Origin: Fistulifera solaris
Lineage: Eukaryota
NCBI GenBank assembly: GCA_030295235.1
Contig: AP026180.1
Location: forward strand, 1-64,000
Length of the DNA stretch: 64,000 bases
Reading direction: 5' to 3'
Position numbers and translations under genes: made by a program. The notes beneath the pieces are model-generated. The model was given only the letters and a program-made list of their open reading frames with translations, was not told where the DNA came from and did not search any database. This document shows, one piece after another, positions 11,532 through 23,300 of this stretch (its first letter is position 1; each line of letters starts with the position of its first letter).

Positions 11532-13198
11532 ATGACAATGAAGCAGTGCGGGCTCCTTTTGTCGATGGCTGTTACGACACTGCCCTCGTTAGCGAACGCA
11601 GCGTCTTCGACCGGTACCAGCTTTCTGCAAGTTCATGTAAGTCACAACAATGATCGTTTTCTGCTCTTTCGTCTTGTTCTTCTCACTCCTACATAAACTA
11701 ATATGATAACTACACACTACATAGATCCCCCAAAAACTCAGCAAACCCGACGGATACGATCATCGCGATGCTTTATTTGGAATTCCCCCCTACGGTGGTT
11801 CCATCGCCCAGCAAGTCTATTACGCCGACGCCGATTTGTGCAGTCCGCAAGTCGACAAACGACGTGGTTATCCGGAACGGAATCGCGACAGCAACGGCAA
11901 TCAAGAACCGTGGCCGGCACCCTTCATATTAATGATTGATCGGGGCAATTGTGATTTTGTCGAAAAAGTCCGGAATGCCCAACGCGCGGGTGCGTCTGCC
12001 GTCCTCATAGCCGATACGTCGTGTCGTTGTGCCGATGATATTTGTATGAATGAAACTGGCGATGTGACGTGTGAAGCCACGGAACCGTACATGGCGGACG
12101 ATGGATCCGGGACGGATGTTTCCATTCCGTCCTTTCTCGTCTTCAAACACGATGCCGACACCTTGCGGCAAGTGTTGATTTCCAATACACCCATCCAAAT
12201 TGAAATGCGATTTTCGATTCCGGCTCCCGACAATCGTGTCGAATATGATTTATGGTCGACGCCCCGCAATTTGGTGGCCCAAGAATTTATCACCGATTTT
12301 GAACCAGCGGCGTTGGCGTTGGGGGCGACGGCGAAATTCACGCCGCACATGTACGTGTTGGATGGGGTGCGGAGTGGTTGTCGGGGACCGAATGGAGAAG
12401 ATCAATGTTTTAATTTGTGTACCAACAATGGACGGTATTGTTCGACGGATCCGGACGATGATCTCTATGCCGGGGCGTCGGGAGCCGATGTTGTCGCCGA
12501 AAGTTTGCGGAGTTTGTGCATTTGGCAAATCTACAGTCAAATAGATGGTATTGGAGCGAAATGGTGGAAGTATGTGAATGAATTTCGGGACATGTGCATT
12601 CCGGATGTAACCAATGACGAAAATTACAACAGTGCGGAATGTGTTCACGGGGCCATGGCCACGGCGGGTGTGGATCGAGCCAAGGTCGAAAAGTGTATGG
12701 CGGATTCGGGCGGTTTGGAAGGTGATGTCGAAAATACCATCTTTGAACAGCAAATGAGTGATCGAGATGCGGCAAATGTTGTGTTGATTCCTTCTTTTTC
12801 GTCAATCAGGCACCAGTGCGCGGTGAACTGGGATTCTCTACCGCATTTAAAGCAATCTGCGCCGGATTTGCCGCTGGCACTCGACCCGAAATTTGTGTCA
12901 CTTGCGCGAACTGTGCCAATGAGAAACTGTGTGTGCAAAAGGAAAGTGCGAGGCGCCGAATGGAAGCGCGGGTCAGATCTCCCTTGGCATGTTCGTTCTT
13001 TCGTTGTTGGGTTTATCACTCGTCTTTTCGACAGTAGGTTATATTCTGCATCAGAGACAGCAAGCTCATATGCGGCAACAAATTCGCGGCATCGTACAAG
13101 AATACATGCCGGTGGGAATGGACCGGAATGGTGAAATTATTGATAATTCGCTGGCTTTGGATGAAGAAGACGATGGACCACAATTTACGATCAGTTAA
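11532..13198 (+). CDS. Vacuolar sorting receptor (VSR/BP-80-like), copy 1
   Basis: Signal peptide; intron ~11637-11723; PA domain (MIDRGNCDFVEKVRNAQRAGASAVLIAD), CTNNGRYCSTDPD, a TM helix and a YMPV tail; frameshifts near 12790 and 12945. Confidence 0.92.
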
Positions 13199-13441
13199 GC
13201 AAGTCCGTTCGAGGAACCAATTTTCATGTAAATTTTTATCTAAACTACGTAGTATACGCTCTACATTATCCGGCGTCGTACATGTTACTATCGTTGCTTT
13301 TAACAAAGTACTAGTATATTCGTAAAATTATCGTTATGAGCCGTCCCGCTCTTCGTTCCATCCCTCATCAAAATACTATAGTATGCAAATATTTGAGTTT
13401 TACGTTGGTTCTCTTGCCAAAACGCAAACTCTCTGGACACT

Positions 13442-15409
13442 TTAAGACATGAGGGATGTGGAAATACCACCCGACGCAAAATCCATCGGATTGTTGTGCA
13501 TCATGGCATCTTGATCCTCGAGGGGCAAGTAGTCCGCCAAGATGCCGCGGACTTGATTGCGCATGTCGTCTTGGGTTTTTTTGTAATGCCACACCGACAA
13601 GCCACCAAACACCGCAATGACCATGAACATGGAAGACACAAAGGTGTGCTTGGAAACTCCTTCGCCCGATCCCGCCGCTGATCCACTGGTAGTGCCCGCC
13701 CTGCAGTAACCGAGGCTGACACACTCCGAAGCATTGGCACAAGACCCGCATTTTTTGCAAATATCGGGGTGGAACCCGCCGAATAACCGGCACAAATCGC
13801 GCTAAACACATTCGAAGCGGTCAATGATCCACGAATGACCACATTGTTGACGAAGGTCGAAGGAATGACTACCACTCCGCGCTGTTCTTGATTTATAATT
13901 TCCCCCGAGAGCTTGGTGTTGATTTTGTCATCGGTCGTCCCACCCGAAGCACTCATGCAATTTTCAATCTTCTTGGCATCAATCCCGGCCTTTTTGTAGG
14001 CATCTTTGATGCAATCTTCGTTGGAGAAGTAATCCGGATCTTTCTCGCGACACAGGGTAGTGAATTTATCCACGTACTCCCAGAACGGAGCTCCGACTCC
14101 ATCCGAAACGCCGTAGGCTTCCCAAATACAAAGACGACGCAAACTTTCCTTGACAACATCCGCCCCGCTAATTCCTTTGTCTAAATCATTGTCAGGATCG
14201 GTCGCACAGTACCGTCCGTTGTTGGTGCACAAGGTGTAACAGAAATTCTCTCCCTCCGAACTCTGACAACCCATTTTGAGTCCATTGTGAATGTACATGT
14301 GCGGAGTAAAGTACGCATGCTCCCCCAACGCTTCTGCCAGCGGTTTGAAATTCTTGAAAAAGTCCTTGGTGACAATATCCGACGGCGTCGTCCACAAATC
14401 GTACTCGACGCGATCGTCCGGTGTGGGCAACGCCCACGCCATTTCCACTCTGCACGACGCGATTCGCCTTGAGTTCTTCCTTGACGGGATCCGCATCGTG
14501 CTTGAACATGAGAAAGGATGGAATGGAAATATCGGCACCGGAGCCATCGTCCGCCATGATGGGTTCGGAATTTTCGCACGTCGAAATGCCCGTTTTGGAT
14601 TTGCAATCCAAATCGGAACACAGACAGGTATTGTCGGCAATCAAGACACCGGCCGCGCCGGCCTTTTGGGCGTTGCGGACTTTTTGCACAAACGTACAGC
14701 CACCCCGATCGACCATGAGAATGTAGGGTGATTCCCACGGTAGTTGTTGACCGTCGTCTCCTTTCTTTTGGGGATATCCCTTGCGCGTGTCGACGTCGCT
14801 GTCGCACAGATCGGAATCGGCGTAATACACTTGTTGCGCAATGGATCCACCGTAGGGTGGCATGCCAAAGAGTGCTTCGCGATGATCGTAACCGCCTTCC
14901 TTGTTAAGTCTTTGGGGAATCTGATAGGATATGGGAATAGAGTATATATGATACAAGGTCATTGAAACGAAGAAACAAGGAAGTTTGTAGCGAAAAAGGC
15001 TTGTGAGAGAATATTCATTTGCTAGTGAGAAATAAAACAATAATAGAAACGTCAACATGGAATCAGTGCACCCCAGCAAAAACATAGTGTCAATCGCATC
15101 ACATCAGCAATCGCGGTCGTTCTTTCCCGGACCAACCTGTGCGGCTCCTTGCGCCCCCACCGCCGCAATGCATACAGTTTTTCCTTGGTGCAAAAATACA
15201 ACCAATAGAAGAATTTTCTTTTTCTCGAGTTCATAATAGAAACAAACGGATGCAGTATATTCGTTCGTTCCCGAATCATCGTCATTCACACCAACACACA
15301 TTCGTACCTGTACGGTTAACTTGCTCGACACATGATCCGGTGCACTGCTTTGTCCTTGTGCACTGCAGACATAGGATGCGAAGAGAAGAAATGTTGTGAT
15401 TAGACGCAT
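13442..15409 (-). CDS. Vacuolar sorting receptor (VSR/BP-80-like), copy 2
   Basis: Signal peptide; intron 14921-15307; VDRGGCTFVQKVRNAQKAGA, CTNNGRYCATDPD, a TM helix and a YLPL tail; frameshifted. Confidence 0.92.
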
Positions 15410-15845
15410 TATTTATTAATTAAACAACAACAGAAGAAAAAGAAATAGGTTTGAAGCTTTCGTTGTGTGTCGTGTCGAGAGGGAAGAAAATGCCTCGCGA
15501 CGAGCGGGAGGAGCACTTTTTCTAACGAGGGCTCAAAAGAACGACGAACGAGGTGGAATTTTTTCACAAGACAGAACCGTTTGAATGACAGTGTGTACTG
15601 TTTCACTATGATCTTAGAAGTGACCCTCGGTAGTATACACACCAAGTGTATTCTGGGATCTTCTCCGGTCTCTCTACGACTCAAATGACGTTTCGACGTT
15701 TCGAAGGTCCTCATTGCCGTCGTTGCGTTCCGCCAACAACAACGATTGTTGGTTGTTGGCTACTGCCTTTACGGCAGGGAAATGATCTCATCTTGAGGTG
15801 ACAATCTGGCTCGGACAAACAATACGGAGCATTGATTCGTGACTT

Positions 15846-16113
15846 ATGACTGAAATGCAGTCGTGGTCTCCGTAAACCAACACTTTGGTACATAGTAAAT
15901 ACGGAATACAACGTTTCGCAAGGCTCTTCGACATACAAATATCAAGGCGTGCAATGCAAACGCTGCTAAAGCTTTTACTGCAACAGCAACAAATAGATCT
16001 TAAACAATTGGTCGAACGAACGAATTGTAGTTAGCATTGTCGCTCGAAAGAATATTGAGTCATGACTGAAAGCAGTCGTGGCGAATACGGACAACACTTT
16101 GGTCCATAGTAAT
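15846..16113 (+). repeat. Two copies of the same dispersed element (15846-15900, 16061-16113)
   Basis: ATGACTGAAA(T)GCAGTCGTGG...CAACACTTTGGT.CATAGTAA in both copies; offset about 214. Confidence 0.85.
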
Positions 16114-16429
16114 ACAATAATCGTTTAATTAAGGCAGACGGAAATTCTGCTTTCTGGTACCTTGTACACTTCACACACACACAAGCCGTTTTCGACATCT
16201 GTGTGCGACACTGTGAACTGTGACGTTTCTATGGTCCGTCCCCCCTTCGCGTCATGCTGCATCCTGCATCGTCTCCTTCGCAACAACGACAACAACAAAA
16301 CACCATGGTGATTAACTTATTGATTTGTTAATCAATCAATTCATCCTCTTCCTAAACTGTTTTTCGCAAAGTCGATTCTCCTTCATCTCAATTTAATTGC
16401 TTAATTAGTAGTATTGGTTGAATTGCAGA

Positions 16430-17599
16430 ATGTTAACACGACAACTGGCTTCGCGCAACATCACCCGCAACTTCTCTTCGTCGTTGTATGCTCCCACACT
16501 CACGGAACGCCGTCCCGGGGAAGCCGGTCCCGGTGGACGCAGTTCCGAAGCCGCCCGCAAAGTTGCTCTTTTTGGGGCCTCGGGATTCTTGGGCAAATAC
16601 GTCAGTTCCGAACTTGGAACGAATGGATACATGGCCTACTTTGCCAATCGCGGCGATGATATGGAAATGCGCCACTGCAAACTCAGTTTCGATTTGGGAC
16701 GCACGCGGTTCGTCTTTTATAGTCCGCGCGACAAAGCGTCGATTGAAGAAGTCATTGCCGATGCCGATGTCGTCGTCAATATGATTGGTAAGTATTACGA
16801 ATCGGGACAGCCCTATCAGATTGACAAGTTTCCGTACGTATCGTACCGCAAGAATTATTCGTTTGCCGAAACGAACGTGACGATTGCGCGCACCATTGCG
16901 GAAATTTGTCGCGAGATGCAAGTCGATCATTTGGTGCACGTGTCCAGTGCGTCGGCCCGGCCCGAGGCCCGCTCCGAGTGGTCGCGCACCAAATTCGAAG
17001 GAGAAATGGCCGTGAAAGAAGCCTTCCCGTGGGCGACCATTGTGCGTCCCACGCAACTCTTCGGACAAGAAGATACCTTGATGAATTGGTTTGCCCGCAT
17101 GGCGCGTTGGCACAAAATGGTACCGTTGGTAAACGGTGGTCGATCCTTGACGCAACCGGTCTTTGTCGGGGATGTCGCCAAGACGATTCTGCGCATCTGT
17201 GACGATCCGGCCAAATTTGCCGGTCGATCCATCGATTGCTTTGGTCCGACGGACTACTCGTATCATGAATTGGCCACCTTTGCGAATGATGTCACGGAAC
17301 GCAACAAGCCCATTTTCAACTTGCCGTATGACTGGTACAAACGCATCGCGCAAGTATTGCAGTATCAGCGCAATCCGTTGATTACGCCGGATTTGGTCGA
17401 ATTGTGGATGGAAGATTTCTTGCCGCGCCTGGCACCGGACCAGTACGCGCAGCAACCGGGAGGTGTTTTGGATCCCAACTACGTCTTGACCATGAAAGAT
17501 TTGGGTGTGGAGGCGACGCCGTTGGAGAAGATTGTCTTTAGCTATTTGCATCATTATCGTGAAGGTGGACATTTTTTCAAAGTGGAGGGATACCATTAA
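16430..17599 (+). CDS. NDUFA9: NADH dehydrogenase (ubiquinone) 1 alpha subcomplex subunit 9
   Basis: GPGGRSS, FGASGFLGKYV, DVVVNMIG, SRTKFEGEMAV and ATIVRP; Arg/Ser-rich presequence. A possible ATG-only first exon lies at 16305. Confidence 0.95.
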   Translation: MLTRQLASRNITRNFSSSLYAPTLTERRPGEAGPGGRSSEAARKVALFGASGFLGKYVSSELGTNGYMAYFANRGDDMEMRHCKLSFDLGRTRFVFYSPRDKASIEEVIADADVVVNMIGKYYESGQPYQIDKFPYVSYRKNYSFAETNVTIARTIAEICREMQVDHLVHVSSASARPEARSEWSRTKFEGEMAVKEAFPWATIVRPTQLFGQEDTLMNWFARMARWHKMVPLVNGGRSLTQPVFVGDVAKTILRICDDPAKFAGRSIDCFGPTDYSYHELATFANDVTERNKPIFNLPYDWYKRIAQVLQYQRNPLITPDLVELWMEDFLPRLAPDQYAQQPGGVLDPNYVLTMKDLGVEATPLEKIVFSYLHHYREGGHFFKVEGYH

Positions 17600-17655
17600 A
17601 CTATTCGAACAAAAAGAATTAGCTACAAATGCCTTATTCTATGGTTTTTGTTGTC

Positions 17656-18488
17656 CTATAGTGTGATCAATGTGGGAAAATCCGCCATCAGATCGCGACT
17701 GGTTAGCGTTTCGTCGCGGGCACTGGGTGTCCACAATACTTCGGCCGCACTCACGACTTCTCCTTCGGCGACTACGGCATTGCTGGCCAGACTGGTCAGC
17801 ACTTGTCGAGTCGCTTCCATGCTAAATCCGGCACCATCGAATCTATAACATTAGAGTGAGAGAATGGCCATGCTCGAGATAGGCTGTCCGAATAAATCAT
17901 CCACTTACCGAGTGCTGTCACCTTCTATTTCTACAATGAGACTGACGACCACCATCGTTGATGTGCCTTTGTCTTCAGTATCGATTCCTGGAATATATTC
18001 CTTGAAGACACCTCGTTGTGAGCTCGTAATTTAAAAGTATATACTCCAACCGAATTATCCTTTATTGCTGTTACCTTTTCAAATTTCAAAGCTTCTGCTT
18101 CCGCCCATTGATTGAATTGAGCTTCCGCTTTGGCAGACTCGCGGAATGGGAACCATTGACTATCACTGCTGGCCGCGATCCAATCGTCACTTCTTCGCAA
18201 CAACGCAAGACAAACTTCTTTCACCAGAATTGCCAAATGCGCCGAGGATCCACCGGTCGATCGTGCTTTCCGTTCCAAATCACCAAAGATCGAATCTTTG
18301 CCTCGTTCTTTCGAAAAGAGAGCTACTTGTACTTTCCCCACGGTGATGCCTTTGCCCAAAACGCCCTCTTCTTCGAAAAGTTTGTTAAACAGAGAAAGTG
18401 AAATATCGTGGACACGTTTTTGCGAAACTGGTGTAAAGCCCGCGACAACAGAAAAGCCCCATAAGAAGACAGCGAACCGGCTTTTCAT
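17656..18488 (-). CDS. DUF1517/FLAP1-like plastid protein, copy 1
   Basis: Signal peptide plus AG-F; KVQVAL, LALLRRSDDW, AEAQFN..E..KF, EVLWTP and DFPTL; introns 18001-18074 and ~17845-17908. Confidence 0.8.
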
Positions 18489-18956
18489 TTATTTTGAACA
18501 TATACTTATTGATTGCTTTATTTAATTGCTCCGATGATTTGAGTTCTTTTGTTGCTTTGGTTGCGCGCATGCCAACAAAAATCGAGAAAGTGGCTCGTGA
18601 CTAAAGTTAAGTCACGCGAAAAAGTCGCATACACTCGGGAGGATAGTGAATTTGCGTGTCCAACATACATGAAGGAAGCTCAACCTAAATTAAGCTAGTC
18701 TACGGTATCTATAACTTGCAATTGCCAAGTAATGAAGGAACCCACTCCCGAACGAATAAATGTTCTCTATCGTAATCTTAACGACTGATAACACTGAAGC
18801 GTTCCTGACTCGTGACTACGGCTAGGCCTAAAGAACAAAATTCGGGAGTCGGGTGGCTTCTGTAGTAATGAAGCTTGCAATCTAATCATTCTAAATTATT
18901 TCTAATGAATATGTAGCGCAAATCGTCGATGACGACTGTTACGGCGTCGCGCCGTA

Positions 18957-19737
18957 TCATAGCGAAATCAGCTCTGGGAAATCGGCAATCAAGTCACGGC
19001 TTGTCACCGTCTCCGTTCGCTCACTGGGCGTCCAAAAGAGTTCTACGGCATTCACAACTTCCCCTTCGGCGACCATGACATCGCTGGCGATACTCGTCAA
19101 GACTTCCTTGGTTCCAGCGAGACTAAAACCAGCGCCATCGAATCTGGCAAGAGATGATTTTTAGCTCAGCACAATCGAATGATAATTTTCAACCAAGCAG
19201 TCATAGTACTTACTTTGTTTCATCTCCTTCAATTTCGATAATGAGACTGACAACCACCATGGTCGAAGTTCCTTTTTCCTCATCATCTTCGCTGGGAATG
19301 TATTCCTTCTCGAATTTTAACGCCTCAGCATTTGCCCAATCGTTGAATTGACTTTCTGCTTTTCCAGCATCATCATACTTGAACCATTTACTTTCACTAT
19401 GCGCAGCAGTCCAGTCGTCACTTCTTCTCAACAAAGCCAGGCACACATCTCGTGCTAAATAGGCCAATTCTTCCTGGTCTTCGTTGGATTCTCTGGACAG
19501 CTCTTCCAGTTGACCGAAAATGGATCCCTTTCCTCGATCCGAGGCAATCAGGGCTACCTGAACTTTCCCAACGGTGATTCCTTTCCCCAGTGGTCCTTCT
19601 TCTTCGAACAATTTGTCGAACAGTCCGAGCGTGGTGGTCAATGAACGGTGGCCGACACCCCACAAATTTGGTGCGAACGACGATACTGGAGCGCTCCACA
19701 AAATCAAGAAGGCTGCTTTCCAGACGTAATTGATCAT
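18957..19737 (-). CDS. DUF1517/FLAP1-like plastid protein, copy 2
   Basis: Signal peptide plus SS-FAP; same motifs as copy 1; one intron ~19144-19213. Confidence 0.8.
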
Positions 19738-20322
19738 TGCTATTTCGGTCAGTTCTGTGCGAAGCGGCGGTGTCGATCTGTTTGACGATAAATATCTCTT
19801 GTACAATTGTCGACGATGAATGCGAAGTTCCAACAATCAAAGTGGAGGACGAGCTTATTATTTGCGTTGTGGATGGAGTTCAAGAAAAAATCATCGGCAT
19901 GATGATGACGTGTCACATCAGGATCATGAGAGACGATGAGACAGAGGAAATGTCTTCGTTGCGAAAATTTGGCGCGGTGACCCTGAGTGCCGCATCTGTA
20001 GTGATGTATTTTTCAATTTAAGAACCAGCCTAAAACCTCACGATTTTTGTTATCGGTCTTACCCTTCGTCTCTGATAATAAAAAGAACGCCTGTAACTGT
20101 GACATATATTTACTTAGAAAAATCGTTGTTTCAGTAGCCCTAAGTCACGCCAGGCCATCTTTCCTTTTCTCGACTGCATCTTTTCGATCACAAGTGTCCG
20201 ACGACAATCACCGAAACAAGAAAAAAAAGCCTCTGCGTGATTCTTTTCTTCCACTTCACTCATTCGGAAGAACTTTACCATTCGACAGTAATTGGGCCTC
20301 CGACCGGCTTCGTTGCAATAGA

Positions 20323-23300
20323 ATGGCTCCCAGGAATTCAATGTCACGTGGGTCGCCGAGCCTCCTGAGCATGCGAGCAAAACTTGCCTTGTTCGATAAC
20401 AAGCAAGGCACCCCTCCGGGTGGTGACGGCAAAAGAATGAAAAGAAAGCTGCTGTGGAGCCCTTGATTCGCAGAAGATCCCTCGCTGAGATAAGATCCCC
20501 ATTGACTCCGATGACACCAAACGCAGGAAGGCTTTCGATTTCGTCTCCTGAAGCTCAGAAAAATAGCTTGGTTACACCTGACAAGAAGATTATCGGCTCC
20601 GATGGCAAAAGATACACCCAAGTCCTTCTTCTACTGGCTCTAAGAATCCTCCGAAGAAAGTACCGTGGAATTCAAAATGGAAAGTGTCCAAAAGTCCGCA
20701 ACCAAAACAAGCGGTTCAGGTCTTTATGGATAACAGAGAAGGTGCAAATCGAGCAGAAATGCCAGCAGCAGAACATTCACGAGACCGCCTTTATCAGCTA
20801 TCACGAAGACATTCAGCGAAACTCATTGCGGCTAGATCATCTCGTCAGAGTCAGGGTAACGCTTTGGATCCTATGAAAAGCACATCCGCCGACGAGACAG
20901 ACCCGAGGGCAAAGTCGCGAAAAATTGTAGCTACCCCGCCAAAGAATCTGGTTGAGAAACGCGACAAGGCGATTCGCAAATTGTATGGCGCGGATATTGT
21001 CAATAAAGTGTCGTCCAGCAGTGAGGAAACTGACCAAAAGGTGGGACAGGAAAACGGTACACCTACGAAGCCCAAACGCCACGCTTTCAAAGTGTCAGTA
21101 ATCAATAACTCTTCGGCGCCGAGTGCTTACAATGCTTTCCAACCAAAAACAGCGGGTGTCATTACAAACACGGAAGGGAGAACGGAAGGGCAAGGTCCCT
21201 AAAGTCAATAGTTTCTCAGCCGATGACAATGCCAGAAACATTTTCAGATCTTCGTTTTTGGAGGCCTTCCCAGGCAATCGAGAGAATCTCGCTTCAGAAG
21301 ACAAAAAGGAAAAGTCTAACACGGCTCAAGAGAAGGGAAGAGATTGTGTTCCTCCGATTCGAAGGAGTAGTTTTATCCATCGCACTCGCCAGGTGGAAAA
21401 CGGAGGAGAGCCTTTGTCTGAAGATGAGATTATCGAAGATAATCTTCCTGGTGAAACAATGTATTCTAGAATCTTGGGAAGGGCAAGAGGTGGACCAGTC
21501 AGTGTCGTGGAGATACGGCGGGCTGCTAGCCACGATAGCCGAATAACAGATATCACGGAGTTCACGGGGGAAAATGGATTTCCAGTTCGGACATCAGTTG
21601 TGTTTCCGCACCAAAAGTTTATCCGCAACGACGGTCAAATGTTTGAGAACGGCAAGGATATCGGTCATAAATTTGCATTGAACAAACCGAAACCCTGGGA
21701 AGGCCTGGTGCCTCCACCCCCTCCCCCTCTTCCTCCCTCAAAGTTTGATGGCGGCGAAAACGAATAGTTCAGACGAGTCGGCCCCAGTCGCTGCAATCAA
21801 TCAACCTAAACTCTCTGTGAGAGATCGCATCGTCGCTCACAATAGACAACGCTTTGAAAAAGGTGTGCATTCGCGAGCGATAAAGTCGAAAGACAACAAT
21901 GCATGGGCCCTTGGATACACGGAACATGGAAGAAACGTCGCTAAGTCGTCCTCCATGAACGATAAAGACGCTTACCGATCTTTCAATCACATCGACGCCA
22001 AAACGGGATCGTTCGGTACGCTGTCAAGTTCCGAGTCGACCTATCCTCAAGATGATTCACAAAGGAATACAAAAGACTCCACGATTTATCAACTGTCAGT
22101 GAAAGAGCGAGTTGCATTCCACAATCAGAATCCGATCGAACCATCTGGTGCGACGCCGAAATCCAACTTTCAGCACCATCTGGTTAAAACAAAGCAACGT
22201 GGACCCAAAGAGCCAGTCGGGGCAACTTCTAGTGCTAATGGAAAACTAGATCCAATGGAAGGGAAACGAATGGACCCGGAGTCTACTGCTATCATTGCAG
22301 GGGGAACTACACTGTGATCCAACTGGACCACCTTCTAACGATGATTCAAAGTGTCTTCCTTCAGAACCTGCAGTGAATCGAGAAACACAGAGTGAGGAAA
22401 TGGACCCGAAAATAAGCGAATGTCATAAAAGTCCAATGGACCCTGAATCGTCTGTAGGAATCACTTGCTCTGTACAGCAGCGCATTGCGTCTCTCTCAAG
22501 AGATGCGGAGCCATCGCAGAATACCAGTAAGAGAAGCAAAAGCTTGTCTCCAAAGAGAGCACCGGTTGCTGCAAAGGACTCTCGTAACACAGACGAAATT
22601 TCCAAACTTCAGTCAGAAATTTCAGATCTTCGATTGCGCATAAAGATTTTGGACAAGGAGGGTAATCGAGCGGAACTTCTGGACCTCATCGATGCTAAGG
22701 AAGAGGAATGTCGAGAAAAGAGTGATCAACTGCGAAAACTGAACGAAAAACTTGACAGGATAGAGAAAGGACTAGCAGAGATTGAGGCGGAACGCCTTTG
22801 TTTGACGAACAGAGTAAACGAGCTAGAGAGAGATAATGAGCGAACAGAGAAGCAACTCAGACTGCGCGAGGCCGAGATCACAAGCCTTTCGAAGCGATGC
22901 CTGGATCAAGCCGAAGAGCTCAAAGTCGTAACAGCATTCCGCGTTGACAAAAATTCGATGACGAGAGAAATCGAATCACTAAAAGAGTCCATGGAGAAGA
23001 AGTCGTTGGAAGATGTAACCACTATCGATTGCTTAAGCAACAAATTGAACGAGACCAAGAGGGCCCGAGATGAGCTATCCATTCAGCTTTCAACTATCAA
23101 GCGAGATCGGGATGACTGCAGTCGACGTCTGGAGGAATGCCTACTTCGCAATCAACAACTATCGAAAGAGAGGTCGCGATGGGAAGCAGAAAAGAGTAGT
23201 CTCCTCAAAGATGTCGAGCAACAAATCAAAGAGCTGAAAAATAATCACGAGAAAGAGCGTCTTAAGTTGCAGAACGATATAGAAGTGCGCGAAAGAGAAA

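Noticed and set aside
16433..17596. Long antisense ORFs (387 aa here; also 34771..35664 and 29422..30195)
   Set aside because: They mirror real genes on the opposite strand, show no recognisable motifs and are explained by codon bias.
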